64,000 nucleotides of DNA from assembly GCA_964255285.1 (NCBI GenBank), contig CAXUUL010000011.1, positions 1 to 64,000 of the forward strand, in the 5' to 3' direction. Both the position numbers and the translations under genes were made by a program. Below the pieces are notes generated by a model that was given only the letters and a program-made list of their open reading frames with translations, was not told where the DNA came from and made no database searches. Shown here one piece after another: positions 23,083-34,400 of this stretch. Each line of letters starts with the position of its first letter. The stretch's first letter is position 1. The DNA is from Ionaspis alba (lineage: Eukaryota).

Positions 23083-23946
23083 TCAACCAACGGTTCCCAC
23101 GTACCGCTGTTCCGCGGCGACACTGGTCTCAATCGTTTTCCGGATAAAATTCTGCAAAACGTGTTCTTCTGTAGAACCCATATCAGAAGCCGCATGTCCG
23201 TTGTCGCATGCGCCGCCTCCACGCAGTTGGTACATTGCCTTCTCAACCACGGCTTTCCACATATCCATGTCAAACTCGCCTTCACTCTCCGCTACCAATA
23301 ATCGTCCCTGAGAGGAAACGGCAATTACGTGGATGGAGGTAGCATCTTGCAGCTGCTTCGGCGAGGGGTCAAGGGTGAGTCGTCCGCTGGGCCCAGCAGC
23401 AACGAGACTAGCGGTAAGAGCCATAGCGAGAGGAATCGAAGTCGAGAGTAAAGCAAGTACCGCCGCATGAAGCAGTCCCGGAAGGATAGCGATGTCCTAA
23501 GCAAGACAGGTCAGGACCGACAGGAGGAGGAAGGAATGCTGAGGCTCACCGAAGCAGCTTGAAGCAGCTTTCCCGACGCTGAGTTATCTTCTGGATTTCC
23601 CATGACTTGCAGCGTGATTTGTATCAATTTCCGTGGATGAGCTGCGACGAGTATCACATGTCGTAAAGTTTGCTGGAGAATGAATTCGAGATGTCGTTCG
23701 CGGACACCTTATATAGTCAGCTGTAGTCAGACTGGAGAAGGGGAATGGATAGTTCATACCTCCCACGCCTGAGGCAGGTCGGATTACAACGTCAATGGCT
23801 GCTTCTTCTGGAAGCTCGTCCTTTCGCTGAACTTCGACAGGCCCGTTGACAGCCGCAAGGACAGACAATCCATTATGTGAGTAAGTCACAGATCCATCAG
23901 CACGATGTAAAGGCTGTAGAGACGCCTTCGGGGGCCGCTCGGACAT
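23083..23946 (-). CDS. rrp46: Exosome RNase PH-like core subunit Rrp46, 3 exons
   Basis: LHRADGSVTY..VLAAVNGPVEV..ELPEEAAIDVVIRP..G^VRERHLE..HPRKLIQITLQV..LLHAAVLALLSTSIP..LLVAESEGEF; introns at about 23758-23709 and 23549-23497. Confidence 0.88.
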
Positions 23947-24232
23947 CGATTCGAAATGTAGGGAATTGGTCGCAACTGACTGTGTTGTTCAGTAGGGAGA
24001 AGGAAATTCCCAAACACAGGGGCGGCCAATCGAATGTAGTTCCAGTAGGGCGGATGAAGCTGATCGTGTAGTAGCGACGACCCTTAAACCGTCTGTCGAT
24101 CTGCTGCCGCAGGGTGGAGTGACAGGGAGGGCACGGAAGGGTGCTGCGGGGCCGTCGATGGAGCTTCCACACTTCCGATTACACCCACCCCTCTACGAAC
24201 ACTCCCTTCCCCTATAAAACTTGATCGTAGTA

Positions 24233-26980
24233 ATGGCCGAAGTCGACATCAACCCGAGGTTTGGCGCAGATCTCAAAGTAATATTCCCTTGCTCAACACT
24301 TGAATTCTGCTGATTCGTCTTGCTCCAAAGGATAGCTTCAAGCCTGTCAACGCCTGGGTGAGCCGAGCTCGTTCCTCCAATCCTCTTATACTCAGGCCAC
24401 TCTACGTCTGGCTTTCGGATTCTGATCCTGATCCCTCTCTTAGGTAGCAAATGGTATAGCCTGGCTGGACGATATACAGGGATTCTACAGGGAACGTTGT
24501 GCCATTGAAAAGGAATATGCCACTAAACTCAATGTGCTGGCTAAAAAGTACCACGAAAAGAAGGCAAAGAAGACCGGCAGCCTGAGCGTGGGCGATACAC
24601 CAAGCCTGACTCCAGGATCGCTGGAAAGGTGCGATCCAAATGCCAAAATGTCACGCGACATTGGTGTTGACGATTCTTCCTAGTGCATCTCTTACCACTT
24701 GGACGACACAGCTTTCAACGTTGGAACGGCATGCGGCGGAACACGATAGATACTCGGCAGAGCTGGTGCTACAGGTCGCCGATCCGTTGAAAGCCATTGG
24801 TGTACGATATGAAGAATTGCGGAAAAGCCACGCCGACTACGCAGTGAAGCTCGAGAAGGAAAGGGATGCAGCTTTCGGTACCATTTAACCATATATCCTA
24901 TGAGGGTACTACCATATTAACAGGCTACGGTAGTTGCTTTGAAGAGAATCAAAGGTCAATATGATGGAGCGTGTCAAGAAGTTGAGAGCAGACGAAAGAA
25001 GATTGATGCCAGTTTTGATTCCAAGTGCGTTTCCCTGCAAGCTGAAGACATGTCGCCCAGCATTAACATGCCATTCCAGCAAGCAGAAAGCTCAGAATGC
25101 ATATCAGCAGCAAATACTTGATATGCACAATGTCAAGGTACGAAAGATACCGAGCGAGGACGTCTCGATTGCTAACGTCAAAGAACACATACATTATCGG
25201 TATAAATGTTACCGTAAGTGTTTGCCACGGCTGTGTCACAAGAAGACTCAGTTGACTGGCTTAGAACAAACAAAAAGAGAAATATTATCACGAGTATATT
25301 CCTGATCTATTAGACGTATGTTGAATGATGACCTTGGTACCTCGATTGACTATGATGTTTTCTAATTCCGTAGTAGAGCATACAAGATCTTCAAGAAACT
25401 CGTGTCAGCCAGCTGAACACAATCTGGTCCCACGCCACGAGACTCGAAGCCAACTCCCTATCTCGCAGTCTGGAAAATGTGCAGTGTTTGGCTTCAGAGA
25501 TTCCCCGCAATAACCCACGGTTAGACAGTATGATGTATCTGCGCCATAACACTGCACCCTGGCAAGAGCCGAAAGATATGGTCTTTGAGCCCAGCCCGGT
25601 CTGGCACGATGACGATGCAATGGCCGTAGATGAGACAGCGAGAATTTTCTTGCGCAACATTTTAAGCAAAAGCAAAAGTCAGACAGCAGAACTAAAGCGA
25701 GAAGTGGAATCGAAGCGGCGAGAAGTGGACCGCGTAAAGGTACTACGACAAAACATTCGTGAAGGCAAAGACAAGAGAGATGAAGTGGAAGTAGTGCGAG
25801 CCATCTTCTCATTGCAGGATGAACTCCATCAAGCTGAGCGCAAGCGCTCGGCGGCCGAAGTAGAGACGGCAACCATAACCTCTGCCGTTGGTGATATCTC
25901 CATGGGAGCGAAGCCCCATAATCTCAAGTCACAAACGTTCAAGATTCCAACGAATTGCGATCTTTGCGGAGACCGTATCTGGGGCCTGTCTGCGAAAGGT
26001 TTCGATTGCCGGGACTGTGGCTATACTTGTCACAGCAAGTGCGAGCTCAAGGTTCCACCCGACTGTCCGGGTGAACAGTCCAAAGAGGAAAAAAGGAAAT
26101 TGAAGGCCGAAAGGCAGGCTTCGGCGAACGCTGCTCCTCCGCAGATCAATGGTGCTGGTCCGCCTGCTGGTGTAACCGAACTGCCCGCCTTGAGTAGGAG
26201 TAATACTATGAACTCTTTGAGTTCAGGGTATGCTGCCAGTGCTCAGCGATCAGTTTCTGGGTCTGGGAACAGAATTCCTGTGGACGATTCGAGTCTGAAC
26301 CGTGCAGCCACATCTCAACCCATCGCAATCAAACCAAATTCTGGGCGGAAGAATCGTGTGGTAGCCCCTCCGCCTACGCAATACATGAGCGACATGCCAA
26401 CTAATGGGTCAACCAATGGACGAAACATTAGCGGTAAAGACCAAATAGGCAGAATGCTCTATGCCTACCAAGCTACCGGCGACGGAGAATTAAGTGTCGA
26501 GGAAGGAACGGACGTTGTTGTGATTGAGCCGGATGGTACGGGTCCAGCCATTTACCTTCGAAGACTCTACTGACTTAGTACACAGACAGCTCCGGCTGGC
26601 TGACAGTCCGCAATCGCAACTCCCATGCCACCGGTCTCGTGCCCACATCTTACGTTGAACTAACCCATCTTCCCACTCCCTCCCTCTCTGACCGCCCCAA
26701 CTCGACTTATTCAAACTCTTCCGCCTCCATAACGGGCAGCACGCACACTTCAGGGACTGGGAAGAAAAAAGGACCCGCCGTGGCCCCGAAGAAGGGAGCC
26801 AAGAAGCTGCATTACGTCGAGGCATTATATGACTACGAGGCAAGGAGTGAGGCTGAATGGAGCATGAGTGAGGGGGAAAGATTCGTCTGTGTTGTCAGGG
26901 ACAGCGGGGATGGTTGGGCGGATGTTGAAAAGGGTGGACAGGTCAAGAGCGTGCCGGCAAACTATGTCCAGGATGTTTGA
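24233..26980 (+). CDS. bzz1: Bzz1: F-BAR, C1 zinc finger and two SH3 domains (endocytic actin regulator), multi-exon
   Basis: MAEVDINPRFGADLK^DSFKPVNAW^VANGIAWLDDIQGFYRERCAIEKEYA (F-BAR); HNLKSQTFKIPTNCDLCGDRIWGLSAKGFDCRDCGYTCHSKC (C1); MLYAYQATGDGELSV..GLVPTSYV and ALYDYEARSEAEWS..VPANYV (SH3s). Head-to-head with rrp46, 286 bp apart. Confidence 0.93.
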
Positions 26981-27445
26981 GGAAGTTGATAGCGCGATGC
27001 TAAAGTGGATTTGGTCTTCATACATGCATAGGCTGGGGTGTGGGATAGCTCTTTGTGCACGCACTAGACGTCCGTGAAGGTTGAGCTCATGGCCCTGACA
27101 GCGGCGTCCGTTATCTGTTTAACGCAAGATTCTGTGGGCGGTGTGTATAGCAGACTCGTTGCTTGGCATGCTGGATTGACTTCATAACCAAGCTGAAAGA
27201 AAAGAGGAGTTTTATCATCGGTGAGGTCATCCTGACAGAACATTATACAGCAGTCCCAAACCTTTGCACTCTTTTCCGGAGCCAGATTCTCCGTCAAGAC
27301 ACATCAACAATGTCATGTCCTAGTCCTTTCACTCAGCCATTTCCTAAATAAAAACTCAAGAAAACTTTGTCATTACAGACCCCGAAATACATGTAATATA
27401 ACCTCGTGCTCAATTATATCTCAATAAAACCGTCCAACCTCTTCC

Positions 27446-30400
27446 TTAGCCATAGCCAGGCTCAGAGGTCTTTTCAATTGGAGACTGTGATCGTGCAAGA
27501 GAAATGTTTTCTGTTTTGCATTGATCACAAGATTTGTGCCAACATGAAACTTGCCAGCATTGAATATCGGTGCTGTTCAATGGACCGAAGGAACATTTGC
27601 ACTATGTCCAAACGTCAGCTAGAGTCACCACACCTGCCTACAAGAGCAGGAGATAATCTGGAAGTACATACACAATACCAGATCCGATGAGTTTGAACTC
27701 TGTGCCTGCTACTCCCAGGTGGCCTTGATTTCTTCCAGGATTCTGCACTGTTGATCTGATCTAATGTCAAATCGACCTGGGCATGAATGGTTGGTAAAGG
27801 AGCCCCATCATCAGGTCCCACGTCTAGTGGCTGTCCCGTGAAATGCGTGAGCGGAGGCGGAGGAGGCGGTGGTGGCGGTGGCGGCGGTAGTCTTCGACGC
27901 CGCCTCGAGCGGTAGGATCTGTGATCGTCAAGGTCGCTCTCTTCGGAATCGGTTTCATCATCCATGTTGGTCGACAGTCCGCCGCTATCGAGCACATTCT
28001 CACTCTTCAAAAGCCCCTTCGGAATGTCTTTGTCCAAGGGATACCACTGGTCGATGTTTTGTCCGGCTTTGAAGTGCATGTCGTCGATGTGGTTAAATCT
28101 CTCATCCCATGCATCAATCCCCCGTGATTCCAGCTTCACAATTCGCTTGCAAAACCCGCACCAGAAGCCACTCTGTCCATTGCGGCCAATACGACCTCGG
28201 CGACAATCGTCGCGAACGCGCTCTTCATCTTTGATACTGTGATCTCTACGTAGATGTGCCTGAAAAAGGTCTCTACGGTAGAAGAGCTTGGCACACTGGT
28301 TGATTTTGCTATTGGGATTGGGTACATCACAGCGCCAGGTCTCGAGCTGGTAGTGCTGTGAGTTCTCGTGGCGTTTCCAGTCGTTCTTGCTACCGAACAA
28401 TTTAGTGCAGTTGCTATGCGTGCAGCCCCATGGACGACTGTGACGCTTTTCATGTTTCCTGATGCTAATCAGCAGAGGTCGAATGCAAGGAAGACCCAGT
28501 AGTCATACTTGAGATCACAGGGACGTTCCATTATCTTAGGACAGGAGCGGCATGTTACACGCTTTGCTCTGGGCGTACCAGCCTCATCTAATGAAGCATC
28601 CTCGCTGGTACGTTTTGCAGAAGAACCCAAATTTAGGAGAGTCAGGAGTCTGGCGTGGATAATGGATTGAAGCTCTTGCGGAGACGACTGTCGTAAATTT
28701 AGACTGGTGAAGTCAGACGCAATGGCTTTTGACAGTTCTTCTGCCTTGGTCAAGTCGAGCGTAGAGACAACGAGTCTCGAAGGAGCATCAGTGCCGTTAC
28801 TGTATTGTGCTGCAGACGTAGCGTGTGGGTTCTCGCTACAGTTTCGAGTTTGTTTTGTGGCGCCTTGTAACTCGGGTGTTGTCTGCCACAGGGCTTTTGT
28901 ACCTTCAGCGATGTTGCGCATAGGTTTAGTATCATCCATCTTGGATTCCTTGCAGGCCTTGTCCCCTGGTCGGTCAGAGTTTGCTTCCCTAGAAGCGTAT
29001 AGTCCTGCAGAGCCAATCGTAAGGGGTGTCATCCACGGCTCAAGATGTTGTTGAGACAATCGGGAGGTGAGAAATTGTCCAGAAGACGGTTCCATAGACG
29101 CTAAACCACTTCTACCTGCATCTCTCGAGTCAGGAGGGATTTCCAACGCAGACGTACTAGAAGCACGAGAGTATCCAGGTCCGACATTGTTAGTACTGGA
29201 GGTCTTTGTGGGCTCCACCTCGGATCTGGGAAGTCATCAGCATCACGCGATTGTCCCTGTGGACGAGCGAATTGCTGACTGTCTGATAAGCTCCTCGAGG
29301 TTCTCATTCTTGTGCATGCGGGTACAGTGCGACTTGAAGTTATCTAGACGCGGCCAGGTTTTTTCCCTTTTGGAACAATTGGCGCCCCTACACTTGAAGC
29401 TTCGGTCAATGGTATTGGGAGGTACGATGTGATGCAAGCTCTTCTTGTGTCGGTCCAGGTCGTTCTTTGTACTGAAGCCCTCTGTCCGAATACAGCCGGG
29501 GACGTCGCAGATGTGCGGCTTTGCATGCCTTTGGCGGTGTTTCCTGAGAAACGATAAGCTTGATAGGCCAGAATAGGAGTTGAAGTACATACTTCATGTC
29601 TGATTGGTTTTTGCACGTAGCACCACAACTTTCATACTCGCAGACCAAGGAGTGTGGGTTTGGGGATTCTGGGGCATCGTTGGCAAAGCCCTTGATACCA
29701 ATCAGCGCTGTGTCCTGGGAATTGTCGTCAAACGTGTCGTGCATGTCGTCGGGTTGGATATCCATGCCACGCAAGTCCCCTGCAAGACTAGGATTTCCTT
29801 GACTGTGCTCCCCGTAATCTGCGCTGAAAACAGATCCTGCGAAGTGGCTCTTGGTGCCATACCCGGAGTCAGACGGATGTCTGCCGGTAATGTGGCTACC
29901 AGGATCCGACCTAGGAGGTTCTCGGTAGGAAGAAAAGGAGGCATGTGGTCTTGCCACTGGCTCTCGTGCAGTCTTGTATCGAGGAACAGTATTACTCATG
30001 TCATCGTCCCCGAGCCGTTGCGGATTCCATGGACCATTTTCATGCCAGAAGCGGGCTAATGGGTGATTGTCGTTCCGTGACTGAGGGGAAGATGCTAACA
30101 GGTTGCGTGGTAAGGCTTCATAAACGCCTGGCGGCATGAAGCATGCCGCGCTGTTCTCTTGGTATGTCGAAGCAATCGATGCCTCAGAGTTGAGTCCAGC
30201 GGAAGCAAGATTGGACGGACGGACGGTCGTCTCGAGTCTGGGATCTAAGGGACCTGACCGCATGGGAGGTGGATCCATTCGTCCCGGGCTATATGCTGAT
30301 GGAGCGAACATCGAACGTTCTTCATCGATGTACTGGGTCTGCGGGGGCTGTGTTTGTCGCGGTCAGCAAGACCCGAGCGTCGGAATGGAGAAAGGGAAAG

Positions 30401-30452
30401 GAATCGTGAATTCTGGTACCTGGTTCACAGTATTTCTGGAGTTTTGTGCCAT
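27446..30452 (-). CDS. Multi-C2H2 zinc-finger protein (7 fingers plus a C-terminal Cys-rich motif), 6 exons [ZF1]
   Basis: Introns 30419-30348, 29592-29544, 29279-29226, 28508-28459 and 27671-27602 join four track ORFs in frame. Fingers include CDVPGC..FSTKNDLDRHKKSLH, CTHSNCTKLFGSKNDWKRHENSQH and WRC..C..FYRRDLFQAHLRRDH. Confidence 0.87.
27850..27888 (-). repeat. Coding CCN trinucleotide tract (poly-Pro, about 12 residues) in ZF1
   Basis: ggaggcggaggaggcggtggtggcggtggcggcggt on the + strand; translates to PPPPPPPPPPPP. Confidence 0.8.
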
Positions 30453-31497
30453 TGCGAACGGGCCATGCGCTGCGATCAGGTGTATCTCATATCAAGCTTG
30501 GACGAAAGCGAAACAACGAGTAGAAAGAGTAGGGTTGAAACAGTTGTTGCGGGAGTGGATGGAGCAGAGAATTCGGTCAGTGCTATCTATGCAGCAAGAA
30601 AAGCATGGTGTGGCAAATGCGACGCCCAAGTGGGTTTGCGCAGCTATGGAGGAGAACCGGAGGCTCAAGTTGCACGGGATGCCTCACGATAGGAGAGCCA
30701 AGTTGATTGATTTATTGGTTGGGTCAGTCAAACCGGGATAGCAACAAAATCGTTATACCTTCGATTGCTTGACCGAAGACCAATTTCATACCTCGAAGAG
30801 GTGCGGGAAGGAAAAGAAGGGTTCAATACAGAGCCTCGAGAGGCAGATTCGGAAGAGGAGGGGCAGACTGATAGCAGCTGGCGAGGCACATTTCGCCTCT
30901 TTTCTGATGGTGCGCCAAAGTGAGGCGCACATGGAAGGTTGCCTGATTTCCCTAATTCCCGTGCGTGGTTGCTCAGCGCATGCTTACGCACAATCCATCG
31001 GCGTGGAGGTGTCGAACGAAGAATCCTGCTACTTTTACATGGCATGCAGGGATTGGATGGCCACGAATCTTAGGCAAAAGGAAGGCAAACAAGCAACGAA
31101 CAGGAAGTTGGGCCTGACGGCCATGCGAAGGAAAAGGGCAGCGGTGATGCTGCGAATCATTACTATAGCAGGTGATTCTATGTCTGAAGAGATCACCATG
31201 AGCCTTTAATCCCAGCAACGTCGTTTGAAATACGAGTAGAGTCTCTTGCTACCAATTAACCCAAATCGGGGTGAGAAAGAAGGCACGTTGGGAAATCCCT
31301 ATTCCTGTCCCAATCCTGTTCTATGCCACTTGCCGAAAGTCCAAGTCGTGAGTATCGTCAGTCATTCTCTAGAAAAGCAACTGCAACACAGCCCAAACGA
31401 TGAAACCTGGAGAATCGATCACCACTCTCCTCCGTACATGTCAGCCTGTACCGTTTGTCAAACGTGGCCAAAGTTATTGAACGCCGGAAAGTCGTGA

Positions 31498-34400
31498 TTA
31501 CTGGAAAGGATAAAACTGATGGTGATGGTGATGTTGATGTTGCTGCTGTTGTCGGAGTTGATGATGCTGCTGTTGCTGCGTATATATCGATGAAGCATTC
31601 GAGGCTTCGGAGAACGGCAAATCTCCGGCGGTCCCAAATGGCTCCGCCATAGGGACTTGTTGAGGCTGGGTTGTAGCAATGTTTTGATTGACAAAGCGAG
31701 ACATCGAGCCTGGAGCGGCGAAAGCCGTCTGTTGCTCCATCGCCACGGCGTATGGCTGTCCCTGGGGGTACGAGGTTTGTTGTGGCTGGGGCATTTGGCC
31801 ATGTATTGTAGGATAAGCCGCGCTTGACGTTCCCTCTGGAGGGGATTCCATATAGCCTGCTTGGTGGGTGCCAGGCACGGCGTGTATTGCTGCAGTGTCC
31901 TCATAGAGACGGTGGTCTGGCATATACGCATTGTCCAGACCGCGAACGTAACCATTCGGCGATGCTTGTGATGCTGTCTGCGCAGCATTGCCGCTTGAGT
32001 GACCCCAGGGGAACGTGCCTATGGGAGGGTTGTCGTAGAAGGACTGTTGAAAGCCCGTGGAGGTCTGAACCGGCGTGTATGAGCCAGGGAACTCTCTCTT
32101 TATGTTTTGCATGTCCACAGGAAGATCCAGGGGTCCGAGCATAGAGTCGTCTCGAACAAGGCGGTTGTAATCTACTGGAGATATACTCTCACGAGAAGGC
32201 AGTCTTTGCTCAATTGGGCTTACTATCATGTCCGCAGTCACCTCTTGAATACGTACCATTTCCAAAACAGGCATGCCGATTTGTTCCATGTGTCGAGCCA
32301 AGTGAACTGTAAGTTTCTTCCAACTATTACAGGTAATGCCGCAAAACCGGCAGGGTTCTTCCTTAGGTTCTTTCGTGGTTTGGTGCCGGCAAGTCTCTAC
32401 CATCATCAAAACTCGTTCGTTGGAGGCAATTTCAGTATCGGACTCTTTGTTGTACCGTGCCTTACTCTTTGCGGGCCCTCTGACGGCAGGTTTGTTGGGT
32501 TTAGCGGTCTTAGCCTTAGGCTCAGGCATCTTGTGCTCTCGAACAAGATGTTGGACGAAGTTGTCACGGCGATAACATTGATGAGAACAGCCGTCTTCAG
32601 TGCAGGTCCACCATTCCAGCTGTCGATGTCGCTCATTCTCGTGCCGAACCCAGTCGGCTTTTCGCTTGAATGACTTGGGATCTGGACAAGTCGGAAAAGT
32701 ACAAGTAAAGGGTTGGAGGTCCTCGTGTACATGCTTGGACCAGTCCGACGGTTTTTGGAACTTCTTGACAGTGAAGCAGAGAGGACATTCGAACTGCGCA
32801 GGCAAGCGCTTGACAGGTGGTACAGGGACTCCGGGGGGAAATTGGGCCTCGGAAACGGCACCATCCGCTACAGCTTCTTCGTCCTCATCCAGATCTTCTT
32901 GCCCAGTAATCGAGAAACCAGTGTGTGAATAGACTGGCTCTTTGTGGCTCACCTTCGAAGGGAAGTATTTAGGAAGACCCCCTTTGTCCACGCACTGTTC
33001 TCCAGACTCACAATTACCCAATTGCTTTGCCTGAGCATGTTTAACCTTGAACTCAACCAATTTCTTGTAGCGGCGTAACTGTTCTTGTCCGATCCGATCA
33101 ACAAGATAAGGCGCCAATTTGGGGGTGACAATGCGGACGTTGCTCTTGAAACCATCATAAGTCGGAACAATGGGCTCACGCTTGATGTCGAATTCCACTG
33201 GGGTTCCTTTCTCGTCAACCATTCCATCACTGTCAACATCCTCATCATCGTCTACCATCGGTAATCCAAAAGGGGCAATCTTGTCTTTCTCTTCAGGAGT
33301 GGACTTCAACGTCGGCAATGGCGGCCCTCCTTGCCTGTCCCACAGTGCAGCAAGGCCTGGCTCTTCATGCTCGTTTGACGTCGTTCGATGGAATTCGCCG
33401 CGAGCTGTTCGCTTGATAGCCTGCCATGCCCCGGCCTGGGAGGAGCTCGTTGTGGGGCTGATAGATCCGTTTGCGCCAACAGTAGCTAGCTGAGTAGCCA
33501 TAGCAGCAACGGCTCCACCGGTATTTAATTTTGGGGACTTGGGTCTTTTACTGGTGCTTGGGATCCGTCGAAGAGTTGCCGCGACAGAGGTGCTGCCAGT
33601 ACGACTTCCAAGACTTTCTTTTCTATCACGGACGTTATCTTTCCTAGACTGAAGGCTGTCCTTTCGCCCATACAGACTGTCCTTCCTGTTGTGTTCGTTT
33701 GACAACGGCTGGCCGTGTTGCAGCTTCGTCGGCTCACTCGCTTTACGTCGCATGTTGCTATTGCTTCTTTTGGGTATCAATTTCGCAGCAGCCTGCTCAA
33801 CTTGTTCCAGGAAGCTACCGCGCCGTTCACTTTTGTCCTTTCCCTTATCTCTGCTAATAGACAAGCGCGAAAAGAGGCCTTCGGATCCAATGATTCGTTC
33901 AAGATCAGCCTCGCTCATCCGTCGAGTTGTCGTGCCCCAAGTAGCGGCACGAGAAGCAGTTTCGATATCGGCTGCGCGCTTTGCAAATCGCACCATTGCT
34001 GCATTTGAGGTTGATGGCTGTCCGACAGCCTCTGGATGCGAAGGGAAATAGATAGGGTCAGTCCAAGGATGAGCATCTTCTGGTTTTCTCTCCCCTGGAA
34101 TATTAGCTTGGTCATCATCTACTGTCCAGGGGATGTCGATATCTTGATTGATCCTAGCTACAGTATTGGAGTAGCTAGCATTGTCGCTCTCCTTTCCGAA
34201 TTCTTCGTGAGTTTCTCTGCTGGGTTTCCGCTTCAGAGTTGGGCTTGGTTCCTGATCTTGTGAATGTGGCTTATCTGTTTCCGAATAGCCCCAACTGAGT
34301 GTTGGCCGTTCCAACTGATGCGGATCACAAGCACTTTTCGCTCGGCGACGAGAGCCTGATAAATGGTACCCTCCCGTTGAAGAGGAGGTGTTTGGTTCTG

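Noticed and set aside
30136..30741. 201-aa plus-strand ORF
   Set aside because: Antisense to the ZF1 5' exons and promoter, with no recognisable features.
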